Positions 62,687-64,000 of a DNA stretch of 64,000 nucleotides are shown in pieces. This stretch comes from Macrostomum lignano. Its lineage: Eukaryota. The notes under the pieces are model-generated. The model did no database searches. It was not told the DNA's origin and saw nothing but the letters and a program-made list of their open reading frames with translations. Numbering within the stretch: the stretch's first letter is position 1; every line of letters starts with the position of its first letter. The stretch covers positions 252,893 to 316,892 of the forward strand of contig NIVC01000487.1 of the NCBI GenBank assembly GCA_002269645.1. Reading direction: 5' to 3'. The translations under genes were made by a program, and so were the position numbers.

Positions 62687-64000
62687 AAATTTACTTAACT
62701 ATAGAACTAAAACAAAATTTCAAGTGATTTAAACCTTCACAGTATCCCCGTATTGCAAAATCTACTTTAATAACGAAATTTATTTGAAATTTGCTTCAAT
62801 GCAAATAAACAGCTCAAAAACAGACGATTTTTGAACAGGGAGCATGGGCTCAAGAAGCTTTGTAAGGTCACGCAGTTGAACGGGAATATAATAAAGCATT
62901 AGCCAGAATACACTGCGTCAATGTGAACGTATAATAATGCACACTAAAGTGTCTGGGTGGATGTACTTTTGTTCATGCGAATTTCTAATTCGAGCCTTGA
63001 TTTGATGTGGGAGGGCGATGTAGCTGAACTATCGGCAATGAGAAGCAGAGTTTATATGCGTTCATAGTAATCCTCATTACAGTTTAACTATTAATTGTTT
63101 TTTTCCTAAAGCCACAACGGTAAAACTGATATTACTTAAGGCATTAGAAACGATCTATCTGCTTGTTAGCTAGGAAATAAACTCCGTTCAAAGTTTAACA
63201 AATATTTCTTCAGACAAAAAATTGGTTGCACATTTTAGTATTATTAAATATTGTCTATTATAAACGAAAAAAGGAGGGTGAAGCAGAAGACACAGTGGAA
63301 CAAAGCCAACTAATTTTTTACACTGAGAAGCAATGAGATCCTTCTTACAAACAAACGAGCGTAAAAAATCAGTTTTAAAACACATTATTTACCATTTAGT
63401 TAAGTATAACAAACTTGACACAACTAAGCTTTCGCCCCAAAATCTGCGTTAGAAAAGCTCATAAAATTGTAACGTTTTTTTCAATACAAATTGGCGGAAA
63501 TTCTAACAAAGATAACTGTTTAAATCTATTCCATGAATTTCCAGGAAAATTTACGCGCACAACCCGGAAAACACCGGAAGTTTACTATAAAAAATCCTTT
63601 TTTCCAATTCCTAATGTTTGAATCCACAGTTTATGGGGATTAAATATTGAAATAATACACAAGATTTTGTCCGCAGTTTGCGAACAAAGCCGGTTAGCAG
63701 AGACGGTGCGCAGAAAAAAATAATTAAAATTTGTTTAAATACGCGACTTGACCGCAGTATAAAGTCGCTTCTGGTGTCGTTAGGAGGGACAACTGTGATT
63801 AAATATGTGTCTTCTTTAGCGAAAGAATTGTCACTTAAAGCGAAGTAACACGTCGAATAGAAGAAAATTGCAAACACGAAGTTGGAGAATGCCGAACTCT
63901 TATTTCTAAAACAGTAGCAGAAAATCATGAGACAGAGGACAATGATGGAGCTATGAATAAAAGATGCTGACGACCCCAAGTTTCAGGCGGAACAAATCTA

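Overview
Eukaryotic (metazoan), satellite-rich genomic DNA. The compact introns, very dense minisatellites and the RTE family suggest a free-living flatworm such as Macrostomum, but this is inference only. Main contents: (1) an apparently complete, intact 13-exon minus-strand gene (12363-43225, about 1287 aa) for a CDON/BOC/iHog-family Hedgehog co-receptor (signal peptide, 5 Ig, 2 FN3, TM, polyQ/Pro-rich tail), built by hand from GT-AG boundaries with every intron in phase 1; (2) a plus-strand SLC18 (VMAT-like) vesicular amine transporter pseudogene (3618-9160) that the ORF track misses, in which a splice donor has been amplified into a satellite and two coding blocks are replaced by satellites; (3) a frameshifted gene for a secreted protein with an uncharacterised invertebrate domain (1373-2257); (4) RNase H-bearing and RTE-type LINE fragments, a tRNA-derived SINE family and MITE-like elements; (5) about 30 tandem arrays and a 456-N gap. 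No CRISPR array, rRNA or bona fide tRNA gene is supported. Most long ORFs in the track are artefacts of tandem repeats. Repeat boundaries are approximate (about 10-20 bp).
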